Of a DNA stretch of 23,504 nt, positions 1 to 11,362 are shown in pieces. The stretch covers positions 825,516 through 849,019 of the forward strand of contig ML992511.1 in NCBI GenBank assembly GCA_010093995.1. The letters are read 5' to 3'. The position numbers were made by a program, and so were the translations under genes. A model generated the notes under the pieces. That model had not been told where the DNA came from and did not search any database. It worked only from the letters and a program-made list of their open reading frames with translations. Source of the stretch: Elsinoe ampelina (taxonomy: Eukaryota). Position 1 is the first letter of the stretch; every line of letters begins with the position of its first letter.

Positions 1-64
1 CATCGGTATCATCATTTCATTCACCCCTCCCGATCCCCCCCATATCTCCCCTCCAACATGCCAC

Positions 65-3000
65 CTAAGCACCCACCCCCACCGCCCCCCTTCCGAGCCC
101 CAGCAAACTCTCCGCCGCCTCCCTCCTCCTCATCTCCTCCCTGACCTTCCTCTTCCTCGCCCCCATCCCCCGCTCCACATACCTCGTTTCCCTCCCCTCA
201 TCCACAAACTCGATGCGTTGAATAATGAAACTCATCCCATCGTGGTCGCCGCCCCAAGTACGGGACTTGAGGTGGTGCAGGACGCTGCCTTCGTATTTAC
301 TCAAGGGGGGCAGGATGACGACTGTGATGTGCATGTCTCTGTCTGCAGGGATGAAGACGGGGTGGACAGGCTTGGTGTCGAGTTTGTCGGGTGTTTCGTT
401 CGAGTGAGGGGTGTCGCCATTCGTCTTGTCACCGTTTGTGCCGTTCATTTCGGTCTGGGCTTCGAGGGCGCGGAGGTCGTCGCTATAGGCACCAAAGTCG
501 CCTTTGATCCAGCCGCTGTGGACGGCTGCGGCGACGACGTCAGAGTCGTCGGTGTAGATCTCTGTGCCCCAAAGAGCGCGGCGGTCGCAGATCTCTTCGA
601 GGCCGCCAGCGACGGGAACAGATTCGGCGTAAGATGACGCTAGATAGGACCGAGGGACGCGGATGGTGAAGCTGCCGTTCTCCTTTTCTGGGAAGTAAGG
701 TATGGGTCCAGGTGCAGCGGCGAAGAAACGCTTCATCTCCTCCAGAGGACGTGGTTTGTTTGATGAGAGTGTCAGATTCGGAGAATAGAGAGCAGATCCG
801 AGGTGGACTCGCGGCTTGGTGAGAGCCATGTCAAATACTTCTTGAGACTTGACGTGGATCTTAGGAGCAGGTACTGGAGCTGCAGGCTTCGTATGGTGAT
901 GGTGATGAGTGGTATGTGGTGGATGAGCGTGGTGATGGTGGTGGTGATGCGGCGGAATAACCGGTGCAGCAGCCGCGGTTGATGGGAAACGAAGAGTGTT
1001 GAAGCCTCCACGAGCAGCAACTCCATCCTCGGGCGTATGGTGATGATGGTGGTGCGCAGGGTGATGTGGATGCTGATGATGATGGTGGTGATGGGCTGTC
1101 TTGGCTCGCTTGCCTCTGTGCTGACCCGTCGGAGTGCTTCTGCCATTGATACTATCTCCATCTTCCCGCGTGGCGTCGCTTCGATCTGCGCGATGCAATA
1201 CTGATGTACCACCGACGACGTTCTCGTGTTCACCAATGTCGCCATTCCGCTCGTGATCACCGTCGGCAAATCTTGACGGACTTAGGCGCGAAGGTGTGAG
1301 GTTTCCTGACGCTGAGAATGGCCCATTAGGCGTGCCAGCTCCTCCAACACCACTGCCTAGACCGGAGAACATTCGGCCAAACTCATACTTGATGGATGGT
1401 GTGCCGCCCGGCCCAGTTAGTCGTGGTTGCGCTCCTTGGACAGCTTGTGGAAGAGGCGAAGCACGTCCTCCTTTGCGATTCAGCTCGGGACTGACGGTCA
1501 AGAAAGCTCTCGGTATGGGATGGCCATCGTCATCACGACGTCCGCGTGGCTGAGATGTCGTCTCGAGACGATCGCGATCTTGAGGCGCATAGTGTCGGAA
1601 TCTCGACTCGAAGCCGTGGTCGCCTGCGCTCGGTGGTGAGCTTGCTCCTGCCGGTACAGATCGAGGCTCGAGTGGACGGCGGTCGTCATACTCGGGTCTC
1701 CGCTCAATCGGCCCATAAGTATGTCTCGCGTAAGGATCTCGATCATCTCTATGTGGTGGTGGTGGGTAAGGTGCGTGATTCGGCGGTTGTTGTGTTTCGA
1801 CCTGCCGGCCGTGGTCAATCATGGGTCTCATGTGTCTTTCATCAATGTCGTAACGATGCTGAGGCTCAGCATGATGTGGTGGATACTCGCGGAATCCTCC
1901 TGGTACTCTGTGTTCTGGTTGTGCTGCTGCCCTCCATGCTTCGATCCTCTCTTGTACTGATGACGCGGGCTGACTGTTGGGTCGAGGTGGAGCGCCACCT
2001 CCGTTGATGTGAGGCGATGGTCCGACGACAGAAGTCGGGGAAGATTGGTAGGGTCTGAAGCTCGGTGGACCAGCTGGTGGCGGGGGTGGTCCTCCACCAT
2101 ACGCACGATTTGAGAACCATCTCTCTCTTTCGTCGCGTGGCTCAGGGTCTGCATATGCTAGACCACGTGGACTGAGTGGTCGTGGTGCTCTTCCATAATC
2201 TTCTCTCATGCTTGTTGACCTTGCTCTTTTGGGGGATAATTGGGGTGTAGATTTTATTGTAGGCGAGTTCTGGGTTGTGACTGCCTTTGGTGATCGGTCT
2301 CCAGCTCGATCGTTGCCGATGAGAGAGCCAATCGACATGCCACCTCCCGGTCGTGAGCCAAAAGGCGGGAGGTCGCGCGCGCCAGGGTATGGCGATTGCG
2401 AAGGAGGTCCTCGAGGATGATGGTTGGGGAAGGATGGTGTCGCCGCACTTGAGGGTGATGGAGGAGGCATATTTCGGGACGCGAACGGCGGAGGGGGTGG
2501 TGGTTCGAGCGGACCTGTGACATTGTCAGCCGATGGCGTATGTTCTGCGCTTGCTTTTACTGACCTCCGTATCTAGGTGGACTGCCCGCTCCTATCGACC
2601 GTCTTCGAGCGTCCTCATATGCATTGGGATGTCGGCTGGGATCAAACTGTGGAGGAGGTTGATGATGCGGCGGATGCGACAAGGATGGTGGGAGTTGAGG
2701 ACCTGCGCGAAATGATCGATTAGTTTCTTCTTCGCTGGAATTGATGGACTGCAGGAGAGCTTTTGCAGAGCTTCGCGGTTGCGGAAACTGCCGAGAGTAT
2801 TTTGAATGCGACTCATGCGATCGACGAGCAGCCACATCCTGTTTCTGCACTTTCTGCAATTCCACCAGTCTTCGCCAAAGGTCTATCTGCTCCATCATAT
2901 TCTCGTTGACTTACCAGGTTGTGCGGCCCATGCTCTTTCCCCGACCATGGGCGTCAGTGGAGCCCCGACTTGACCTCCATAGCTGTCCTTTCTCCGATGC

Positions 3001-3170
3001 TGAGAGCTGGGCATAAAAGGATCTCGATTGTGGAAAGGATCTGAGAAGGGTATTTGGACTGGAGGTTGCGCTGTCTGAGGTGGTTGATAGACGGGCATAG
3101 GTGCTGGAGTTGTGCGTGGTGTTCCTCTCTGTGACCTCTGTCCTTCGTGGTGGTGATGATATGGGTCCAT
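65..3170 (-). CDS. RXT3: Rxt3-domain histone deacetylase complex (Rpd3L) subunit; exons 3170-2915, 2702-2565, 2514-65; ~947 aa
   Basis: C-terminal LWGTEIYTDDSDVVAAAVHSGW and SRTWGGDHDGMSF motifs are typical of Rxt3, preceded by a long Pro/His-rich disordered region. Introns 2914-2703 (GTAAGT..ACTAAT..CAG) and 2564-2515 (GTCAGT..GCTGAC..CAG) join ORFs 2895-3170, 2557-2898 and 65-2470 in frame (2844 nt). Confidence 0.85.
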
Positions 3171-4105
3171 TACAGCAAGACCAGCGGTGGTCGTATGTGG
3201 ATGTTATTTGGAAGTCTTGTGCGAGTGTCGGAACAACAGCGCATGGTGATGATGTTGCGGTCAGTCAAAGGCGGTCAAGCTCGCTGCATGGTGCCTGAGG
3301 AGTGGGAAGAAAGCTCGTTTGCGTAGCTTGACACGAGACGTTTGCAGATGAAGAAGGCCGTTTTGTCGGTGAGTGGATGCAGGAAAGGCGACGAATGTTG
3401 AGAAGGGGTACCGCGCAAAGCGAAGAGTGTCACAAGCAAGCCGGGCCCTGCAGATCTGTGACAAAGGCGTTCCTCCTGGATGTTTTGGTGGACCTTTAGG
3501 AGAGAAAAAGGATGGTGGTGCTTTGATCAAAAACGCGGAGAAGCAGAAGCAGCTTGACTTCAACTGAAAGGTTCGGACTTGCCCTGAAGAACGCTAAGAT
3601 CACAGCGCTTGACCCCAAACAGCATTCCCCACCCTTCCCGCCGCGCTGGCTCCTGCCGTACCTTGCCAATCCATCGGTTCGACTTTTCTCGCGACGTCAC
3701 AAGGCAATCATCTGCAACAATTAAGCTTTGGCTCTATCGGTAGCCTGCAGATCCTCCTGCAGTCATTCTCGCTGCTCATCACATGTGAGAGTCTTTTCTT
3801 TGTTTGCAAAAACACGTGTCGTGTGACGGGGTTTTGTCTTCTTCTGATCTTCACTTTTCTCACGCGACTTGGAGCAGAAGTCATATATCAGCCAATCAAA
3901 TTGCATTTGTGCTTACAATCCAGGTTATAGTGCTCCTCTGGAAAGCATACCTCGCGGTGTTCATCTCTGTAGAGGAGCTGTTGCTAGTACATCCATTGAT
4001 TTCATTGGGCTCAAGCCCTTGTGGCATATGAAAGCTCGATACCGCAAGCTGTGAGAGCCGTGGAAGCGTGTCTCTGATTTATATCGTCGTGCTATAACCC
4101 TCGAC

Positions 4106-5884
4106 TCATTCGTTGTTCCCAGTGGCAACCCCCCAAAAATACCCACACCAGCTTCCAAGTACCAGTGCGATCAGACTGAAGAAGCAAATCTTCGACACAC
4201 GCTTGTTCCATGACCCAAAAGTGCCGTAGAACAAGCCTTTACGTTCGTTGAGTGTGGTTCCGTTCGCTATCCGCTTCTTCCGGCTCCACTGAAGATGTCG
4301 AAGATCTGGTGTCTTCCATGACGCTACGATGAGGGCCAGGCTCACCAGAACAGAGCATCCAGCGAGAAAGACATAGACTATGGTGACTCTGTCGTAGGAA
4401 TTGTTGTCTGCGTCCTGAATCTTGCCAGTAATGACGCGGACGATGATGTTCATGCTAGATTACATCAGTCGATAGTATGTATCAAGTAGAAGAATACTCA
4501 CGCATTGTTCATGGTGATCTTGATTGAGTATGCCGTCCCGAACACTGTGCTGTCCCACATCGTCGTCCGAGTACTGTCAATGATTGTCGTGGGACCAAAG
4601 CAATAAGCAATAGCGAAGATGCCGTAAGAGGCTGCAGTGCCTTTGACGGCGCCTGAGAAGCTGACCAGCAACATTGACAAGAAGACACCTAGGCCACAGC
4701 CAACCACTGTCTTCATGTCAGCTACATGCCAGGATCATAGTTTACTTGAACATACAAATGGAGATTCTTTGCCCGTAGATGTCGAGGAAAGCCCCTAGAA
4801 GAGGCACAATGAAGAAGCCTGTGCTATTGGTCAGATACCCTGTTCACGCTTCACACCACGAATACATACCACCGTACTGAAGCAACGCAGAGTACCAGCC
4901 AGCTTCAATGGAAGAACCCCCAAACCTTTGTTCCGCAAGTTCTGTGGCGTTCTGGAGGAACACAATGGCCGTGCTTGTCTCGAAGAGAGAGAATCCCATG
5001 ACAGCCCAGAAAGTCCAAGGGAGTTCCAAGACCTTCTTGTACTGAAACTTCTTAGATTTTTCCGAGAGCTTTTCTCCACTTGCCGGATCATTGATGCCAT
5101 GGAACTTGCGATTGGCGAGTTTGGTGAACCAATAGAAGACGACAGTCATGACGTTCGATGAACAAGTTCATGAACACCGCTACCCAGAAGACCCAGGCAA
5201 AGTTGCCGGTCTTCTCGGCTATGATGTTGGCAGATGACTTGCCCGCGAAGGCGCCGATCTTGCCGATACCCAGCTCGAATCCAATGGTGGAGGCGAATCC
5301 GTTGCTCGGTGCGAACCAAGAAGAAAATACCTTGTACTGAGCAACCTGGGTAGCTATGTCGCCGAGAGCACGGACAACCCTCCCGGCCATCATGAATTTA
5401 TACGACTTGGTCTGAGCTGCAGCAGCCACCAGGATGGATCCGACAGAGTAGATGATATTGCCGTAAAGCATCGCACCTTCGGGGATCAGCTGGTACGTAA
5501 ACATGCATACTAGAGTCACATACCGGCTCCTCCTATCCTGTCCGTCACAATACCACTCAGCAGCATCAGAGCAGTGACCATAAAATCCTCGCTCGCTTCC
5601 AACAAAGCAAATTGGGTGTTGTTGATCTTCAGCTCCTTCTTGATCGTTGTCTTCATAGCACCAGTGAGACCAGAACTCCATTGCGAACCAAAGCCGATAG
5701 CAGTCACAAGGACGACGGCCATGAGCTTCCAGGGCAGTGGTACGGGCTTTCGATCGATTGAATTGTCCGAGGAAGCTCGACTAGAGGCGCATACCGCAGT
5801 GGCCTCGGACTTTTCGTTGTCTACATCGTCATGGTCGTTGAGATACTGGCTGTGGCTTACAGCGGTTCTGTTGGTATCGGCCAT
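4106..5884 (-). CDS. MFS transporter (MFSD1-like), 5 exons (5884-5524, 5476-4870, 4818-4756, 4706-4502, 4454-4106), interrupted by a +1 frameshift near 5158 (pseudogene or sequence error)
   Basis: Multiple hydrophobic helices, motif-A-like GIVTDRIG and motif-B-like AGRVVRALG. Four canonical 47-51 nt introns. The spliced length is 1585 nt, one more than 528 codons; removing base 5158 restores FMNLFTNVMTVVFYW. Confidence 0.85.
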
Positions 5885-6094
5885 CCTCGAATGAGTGAGG
5901 TCAGCAATATCTCAAGTCGAGCTGTAAGTGATGAGGTTCAAGGAGAGACGTAAGCCCTACGAGGTGTCTCTACTATCGGGTACTCATGGTGGATCTTATC
6001 GCAGTATTTCAACACATGTACGCCGTAATCGGAGACAAGCCATAGGAGAACGATTTAGATCAGAAACATTATGCAGTGGGCCGGTGTGAGCAAC

Positions 6095-6320
6095 TGAGCT
6101 GGCATATGGATCGACATATCCAATCAGATAAGATGGGTAAAGATCAAGCATTTCCTGCCGTCGAAGACCCAAGCGACAATTTGCTTGTGGAGCTTCGTAA
6201 ACGTGTCAGTGCCGAGTTCGAGACAACCGAGGAGAAAATTGCGAAAAAAGAGGTGCAAAAGGGGTCGATCTCAAGACAGTGAGCTGTGATATGGGCCGAG
6301 ATGTCCAATCAGATAAGATG
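6095..6320. promoter_or_regulatory. Duplicated 41-bp element (6095-6135 and 6280-6320) containing CCAAT and ATCAGATAAG GATA sites, upstream of the MFS gene
   Basis: tgagctggcatatggatcgacatatccaatcagataagatg versus tgagctgtgatatgggccgagatgtccaatcagataagatg (35/41 identical, last 17 nt identical). The repeat is seen directly; the regulatory role is inferred. Confidence 0.55.
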
Positions 6321-6635
6321 TCTGATCTAACTTTTTTCTGCTGAAGAAAGCCAGAAAGCCGGAAAGCCACCAGTCTTGGAGCTCATCCGATGTTTAGCCA
6401 CATGCCGTGCTGCCCAAGGTGCCCGTTTATGCTCCCACCATTGTTCACGGATACTACATACTCCTGCGACCTCGGCGACAGGCAGCGGACAAGGGAGCTG
6501 TCTCATGCAAGGTTTGTGATGAGCTATTCTTTGTCAACAGACACGTGTTGGGGGTGATGCTTCTTTGTCTTTCGTACAAACAGACTGAGCATAGTGCTAC
6601 ACTACTTACCAGACCGCCTACCTTTTGAACACCAT

Positions 6636-7841
6636 CTATGGTGTCTGCTCTCGACTCTCTGCTGGTGTGGTACCCGCTGGTGTGTTGTATGCTGGCGTAT
6701 TATTGTGAATGTTCGCACCCGGCAGACCATTCCCAGGACCAGCCGGACGCAAGGGTAGAGGCTGAGTACCAGCGAGCAGATTCTGCGCGGCAGCAGCCGC
6801 GTCTCGGAGAGCCTGCTGCTCGGCCTGTTTATCTTCCTCGATCAGTTCTCGACCTCCTTCAAGCCCTGCCAGCACCTCCTTGTAGAACCTGAGACTGCGG
6901 CGGAGTGACGACGCACGAAGTTCGCAAGTCGATCGCGCAAACTCGTTGGCCTCCACGTCGCGCCGCTCGTTCAAGTACCTGCTGAATTCTCCTTGCGTCG
7001 GAGCATCTGGCTGAGCACTTACCAATGCCCACAGCTCCCACCATGCAGGTCCGCTCGGCAGTTTGATGAACGAGCCGTAGACTTCTGCGTCCGTCTCGAG
7101 CAGATCCTCCATGTCCTCGACGCTCTCCTGGATATCAGCAATGTGTTCCTGAATGACGTCCGATTCCACGAATCGCATAGCTGCAAAGTGCGTCCTCAAC
7201 AGCTCGTGCTTACCTGCGGCCTCTCTTGCCATCCTGCCCATTTCCTGAATACTGTTCTTCACACCAGGCTTGGGTATCCCGCCGTTGTCCTTTGTCTGGT
7301 ACATCTCATCGAACAATAGAGAGATGAATTCCGGCATGGTGTTCCACTCCAACACTATCCCTGCAGAGTTGACAGCAACGCTCAGCTCAAAGACCTGTAT
7401 TGCTGTAAGTTTGGGTATATTAGGCCTGAAATAATACAGTTCATAGTTATCCGCGAATTCCTTACACTCTTCTGGATCCAGAACCGGCTGGGATCCATCA
7501 CAGAACTTGAACATCATGGTCAAGTCGATGTTCTCCGTGGGCATAAATCTGAATACATAGTCTCGGCTCCCAAACAGGTTGTGGCGCTGGTACTCTTCAC
7601 CCTCGGGGATCATCTGGAGCGCGCGCTGGAGGAGACAGCCGAGGCCCCCAGCCATGTATGCGCCGAGGAGCATGTTGATCTTATGGAGTGGGCCTGGGGA
7701 GGGAAAACTCCTTGGCTCTGCTTGGTCGGATATCTGCTGCCGAACGCTGGCATTCCATCTTTCCGCAAGAACTCTGTCAAGAGCAGTGGTATCGAAGCTC
7801 GGAGGTGTCGGAGTTGGAATCAGCTTTAGCATGGGAGCCAT
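6636..7841 (-). CDS. Hypothetical protein, ~401 aa from the likely ATG at 7841 (the open frame extends to an ATG at 7988)
   Basis: Uninterrupted 450-codon ORF with protein-like, acidic and helical composition and a low-complexity C-terminus. No domain recognised. Confidence 0.7.
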   Translation of the reverse strand: MAPMLKLIPTPTPPSFDTTALDRVLAERWNASVRQQISDQAEPRSFPSPGPLHKINMLLGAYMAGGLGCLLQRALQMIPEGEEYQRHNLFGSRDYVFRFMPTENIDLTMMFKFCDGSQPVLDPEECKEFADNYELYYFRPNIPKLTAIQVFELSVAVNSAGIVLEWNTMPEFISLLFDEMYQTKDNGGIPKPGVKNSIQEMGRMAREAAGKHELLRTHFAAMRFVESDVIQEHIADIQESVEDMEDLLETDAEVYGSFIKLPSGPAWWELWALVSAQPDAPTQGEFSRYLNERRDVEANEFARSTCELRASSLRRSLRFYKEVLAGLEGGRELIEEDKQAEQQALRDAAAAAQNLLAGTQPLPLRPAGPGNGLPGANIHNNTPAYNTPAGTTPAESREQTP

Positions 7842-8310
7842 ACTTGTTTTCTTCTCAGAGTAAAATGATGTGGCTGTGCAGGGTTTTGTATGAGAATGCT
7901 TGATAGAAGAACTGAAAAGCGTGTTATATGTCCTACCTAACCATTTCCTTATAACCAGTCTCGTTGACCGTGCACACAAAGAAGACATGTCCGATCAAAG
8001 CCGATTCAAAGGGATCTATATGAGATGCCTTTGTCTATACCCACATTGTTGTGTTCTTTGTCCATTCGATACATGAAGCTGCTAGTGTGGTGAAGTGACT
8101 AGGTGAATGTATAGGTGCACCAGAGTCATGGTGAAAGCGTCCCTCTGAAGGTTCGGCATTGCTGCTCAACCTTGCCGACAGCTTATTGACCATCCCCGGC
8201 TACGAGAATGGCGTCTCCCTTGCGACTGTTGGATAATTTCCGTTCCAGGACGTCTCATAGCATAAGCTAGCAGTGGAATGGCCAGGCCGTGTTGAATTGT
8301 CACTCAGATC

Positions 8311-9093
8311 CTACGATTCTGGCCCGGAACGTTCAATAGTGAATAGCACCTCGCGATCAGTCTCGACAGAGACCTCGTCAGCCTTGATATGATTGCTTGT
8401 GCTGACCTGACCACCCAGCTCAGTGGGCCAATCGACGACATCCCATTCGAAACCTTCGATCGTGATTGTTGCCGGCCCGAAGACAGGCAATATCCCAGCG
8501 TTCTCCGTGATCCGGCCTTCGCGAACCGGTACAGCTATCGTAGTCTTTCCTTTGGGAAGGATGAATGAGATACTGCTCTCTGAGAAGAGCCAGATAGTGA
8601 TATTTGGATGCTGCCTCTGTTGGCGGTAGAGTTCGGAAAGGAGTCCGATACCTTGGTCAACTCTTCCGGAGAGAGACCCTAGTACGATGATATTGGTCAG
8701 GGAGGGCACCGAGGCTATGACTCTGCCTATCGATTTTTCAAAATCTGTGTGATATTGATCGCCATCCTTGGTGACTGGCACATTATGACGCTCGTAGTAT
8801 GCTCGGACATCGTCTCGCAAAGAGTCCAAGTCGCCATGTATCTCGGTTGGGAGGTATGTTTCCAAGAGAGACTTCTGCTGACTGCTCAGAATGCTATAGA
8901 CTCGATTGGCGCCGCCATCTGCGCAGACTCGGTATGAAGTATTTGGCCAGATCTGCTTCACCAGGTCCGCATGGGATATGGGTGAGTTTAGCACGACCAG
9001 ACCTGCATGCTTCTCCGTAGGGCCTTCAATGCTGACGCTGGCGCTCCTCAAGAAATCGAGGGGCCTCAAGATGCCTCGACTTTGCTCTGCCAT
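8311..9093 (-). CDS. THI80: Thiamine pyrophosphokinase
   Basis: Intronless 260-aa ORF with CADGGANR, GDLDSL, DQYHTDFEK, GSLSGRVDQ and GFEWDV...GGQVSTSN motifs. Confidence 0.93.
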   Translation of the reverse strand: MAEQSRGILRPLDFLRSASVSIEGPTEKHAGLVVLNSPISHADLVKQIWPNTSYRVCADGGANRVYSILSSQQKSLLETYLPTEIHGDLDSLRDDVRAYYERHNVPVTKDGDQYHTDFEKSIGRVIASVPSLTNIIVLGSLSGRVDQGIGLLSELYRQQRQHPNITIWLFSESSISFILPKGKTTIAVPVREGRITENAGILPVFGPATITIEGFEWDVVDWPTELGGQVSTSNHIKADEVSVETDREVLFTIERSGPES

Positions 9094-9308
9094 ATTTGTG
9101 GACCTTTGGAGGTGCAGATGTTGAGTGTAGATCTACATTTGATGATGTTGCGCACCGCCACATGTGGCTTGTATCCCGATCGATCATCGTGGCTGAACCT
9201 TCGAAAGATTTCCTGAGGTCACTGCTAATCGTTTTCTTTTCTACATCTTCACGACATCACCGAATGTTAGACACCAACACCCTATAGCATCCGAGCGCTT
9301 GATTCAGC

Positions 9309-10142
9309 ATGTTGCGACAGTCACCACGGCATGTCTTGGCCGCTGCACGCCCCCGACAAGTCCCCCGAAGCGTCCTCTCCCGAAGATTTCTAAGCACAGC
9401 GCCGCCACATAAACTATCCCGATCATGGAAGAACTCATTCGCGCGTTGGGGCTTAGCTGGAGCTGCAGTATACTACTACAACACATCTTCCGCGTTCGCG
9501 GATGAGCCCGTATACACGGTACATGCGCCGCCAGAGACGAGACACGAGAACGAGCAGGAGGCATACCAGTCGATAGACGAGCTCGCAGCTGAGCGACAGG
9601 CACGGAAGACAAAGCAGGCAGCTGCCACATCACCAGCCGAGAGCCCAGATGTCGCTGTCTCCGGCTCGCCCGAAGAGCTGGAGGCCGAGGCCGATCAGCA
9701 AGGCGCATTCAACGAAGAGACGGGCGAGATCAACTGGGATTGTCCATGTCTGGGTGGCATGGCCTCACTTGAGCAGCCTTGTGGCGAGACTTTCAGGGCA
9801 GCATTCAGTTGCTTTGTGTTCAGCAAGGAAGAACCGAAAGGTGTTGACTGCATTGAGAAGTTCAAGTGAGCACAGCCATTCACCACAGCCGCTGATGCAT
9901 ATGCTAACAAACATGGCAGGGATATGCAAGAGTGCTTCCGCGCACATCCTGATGTCTATGGAACAGAGCTGGATGAGGACGAAGATCCCGAGCTCGTTGG
10001 TGAGGCAGGACCAGGTCAAGTTCCACCTGGAGCTGAAGTAGGCGTCGGTGCAGCCAGCGCACAGTCACCAGTATCACCCGCGCCACCAGCTGCTTCCAGT
10101 CCCGATCTACCGACCGCTTCTTTCAAAGAGTCGACTGAATAG
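9309..10142 (+). CDS. MIA40: Mitochondrial intermembrane space import oxidoreductase Mia40; exons 9309-9865, 9920-10142; 259 aa
   Basis: Arg-rich presequence, short hydrophobic anchor ([11 protein letters not shown]), [20 protein letters not shown] and twin CX9C motif. Intron 9866-9919 (GTGAGC..GCTAAC..CAG). Confidence 0.95.
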
Positions 10143-10561
10143 CGTCACTTCTGAGCTGCGGGTGCATAGCGTGGAATCCAGCATCAGGTAGATTTCGCCA
10201 CTCTCTGTACAAAATGTAAAACAGTTACACTACATAATTGTCCTTGCACGTGTCGACTAGAAACCGTAAACACACGTCGTCGTTCTGGTCAGATGAGGAG
10301 GTGCATTAAGGGGGAATTGCAAAGATCAGAGAGGCCACTCCAACTAGTTCTTTGCCGAGCGGGAAGCTTCGGGAGTGTCCAGCTCATCAATCTGAGGGTC
10401 CAAGCTGTTGTCGCTTTCGTCACCAAAAAAATTCATGCCCCAGTGAATTGTCAAAGCCATCTACAATTTACAAGCACCACTTCTCTCTCTCTTTCACTGT
10501 ATACTCGAGCACATAAGACTCAATTTCATATATCCTAGACCTCGCACAAGCCATACCCAGC

Positions 10562-11362
10562 ATGTTACAGCGGATCGCCCTCCGAGCTGCTCGATCAGCG
10601 CGTGTCGCAAAGACAGATCTGCCAACTCTATTCGCTACACACACATACAGCCCTGTTCTTTCTGCAGTACCTCAATCGCGCGCATTTACCGTCTCAAGAT
10701 CACGCCCTGCCGAAGCGGAAGCTGCCAAATCGGATGCAAAGGAGGAAGCGACCAAGGATATAAGCGCAGAGAAGCAGAATGCCACGGCTAAGGAATTAGA
10801 ACAAAAGACCAAGGAGGTGCTCGATGTTACAGTAAGAGCTCGCTCATGGACAGTCTACTCGTGCTAACCAGCGCACAGGACAAGTGGAAGAGGTCGATAG
10901 CAGACTTCCGAAACCTTCAGGAGCAGACCCGACGAGAAGTAACAGCGGCCAAGGAGTTTGCTATCCAGCGATTTGCTAAGGACTTGATTGAGAGCATCGA
11001 CAATCTGGACCGAGCACTTGACACTGTGCCCAAGGAGAAGTTGACGGATGAGAACAAAGACTTGAAGGCGCTGCATGACGGCTTGCGAATGACAGAGACT
11101 ATTCTCATGTCGACCCTGAAGAAGCATGGCCTGGAGAGATTTGACCCTAGCGAGGCTGGCGAGGTGTTCAATCCGAATAAGCACGAGGCTACCTTCATGG
11201 TGCCACAAGCAGAGAAGGCAGACAACACTTGCTTCCATACGCAGCAAAAGGGGTTCACTCTGAACGGCAGAGTTCTGAGGGTAAGTGCTCAGCGGTATCG
11301 TACCACGACTGGCATGCTAACAAGTACAGGCTGCTAAGGTCGGCGTCGTCAAGAACTCATAG
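10562..11362 (+). CDS. MGE1: Mitochondrial GrpE nucleotide exchange factor; exons 10562-10831, 10879-11280, 11330-11362; 234 aa
   Basis: Presequence, ADFRNLQEQTRRE, FAKDLIESIDNLDRAL, FNPNKHEA and KGFTLNGRVLRAAKVGVVK. Two canonical introns (10832-10878, 11281-11329). Confidence 0.95.

Noticed and set aside
1..200. Strong C/T-rich tract
   Set aside because: It is the antisense of the purine-rich Glu/Arg/Gly codons and 3' UTR of RXT3, not a separate repeat.
890..1095. (TGG/TGA)n microsatellite-like runs
   Set aside because: They encode the poly-His tracts of Rxt3.
218..3567. Many 60-165 aa alternative-frame and antisense ORFs over RXT3 and its promoter
   Set aside because: Shadow ORFs of GC-rich coding sequence with no recognisable motifs.
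6346..6369. GAAAGCC(A/G) repeated three times
   Set aside because: Too short to assign a function, probably slippage.
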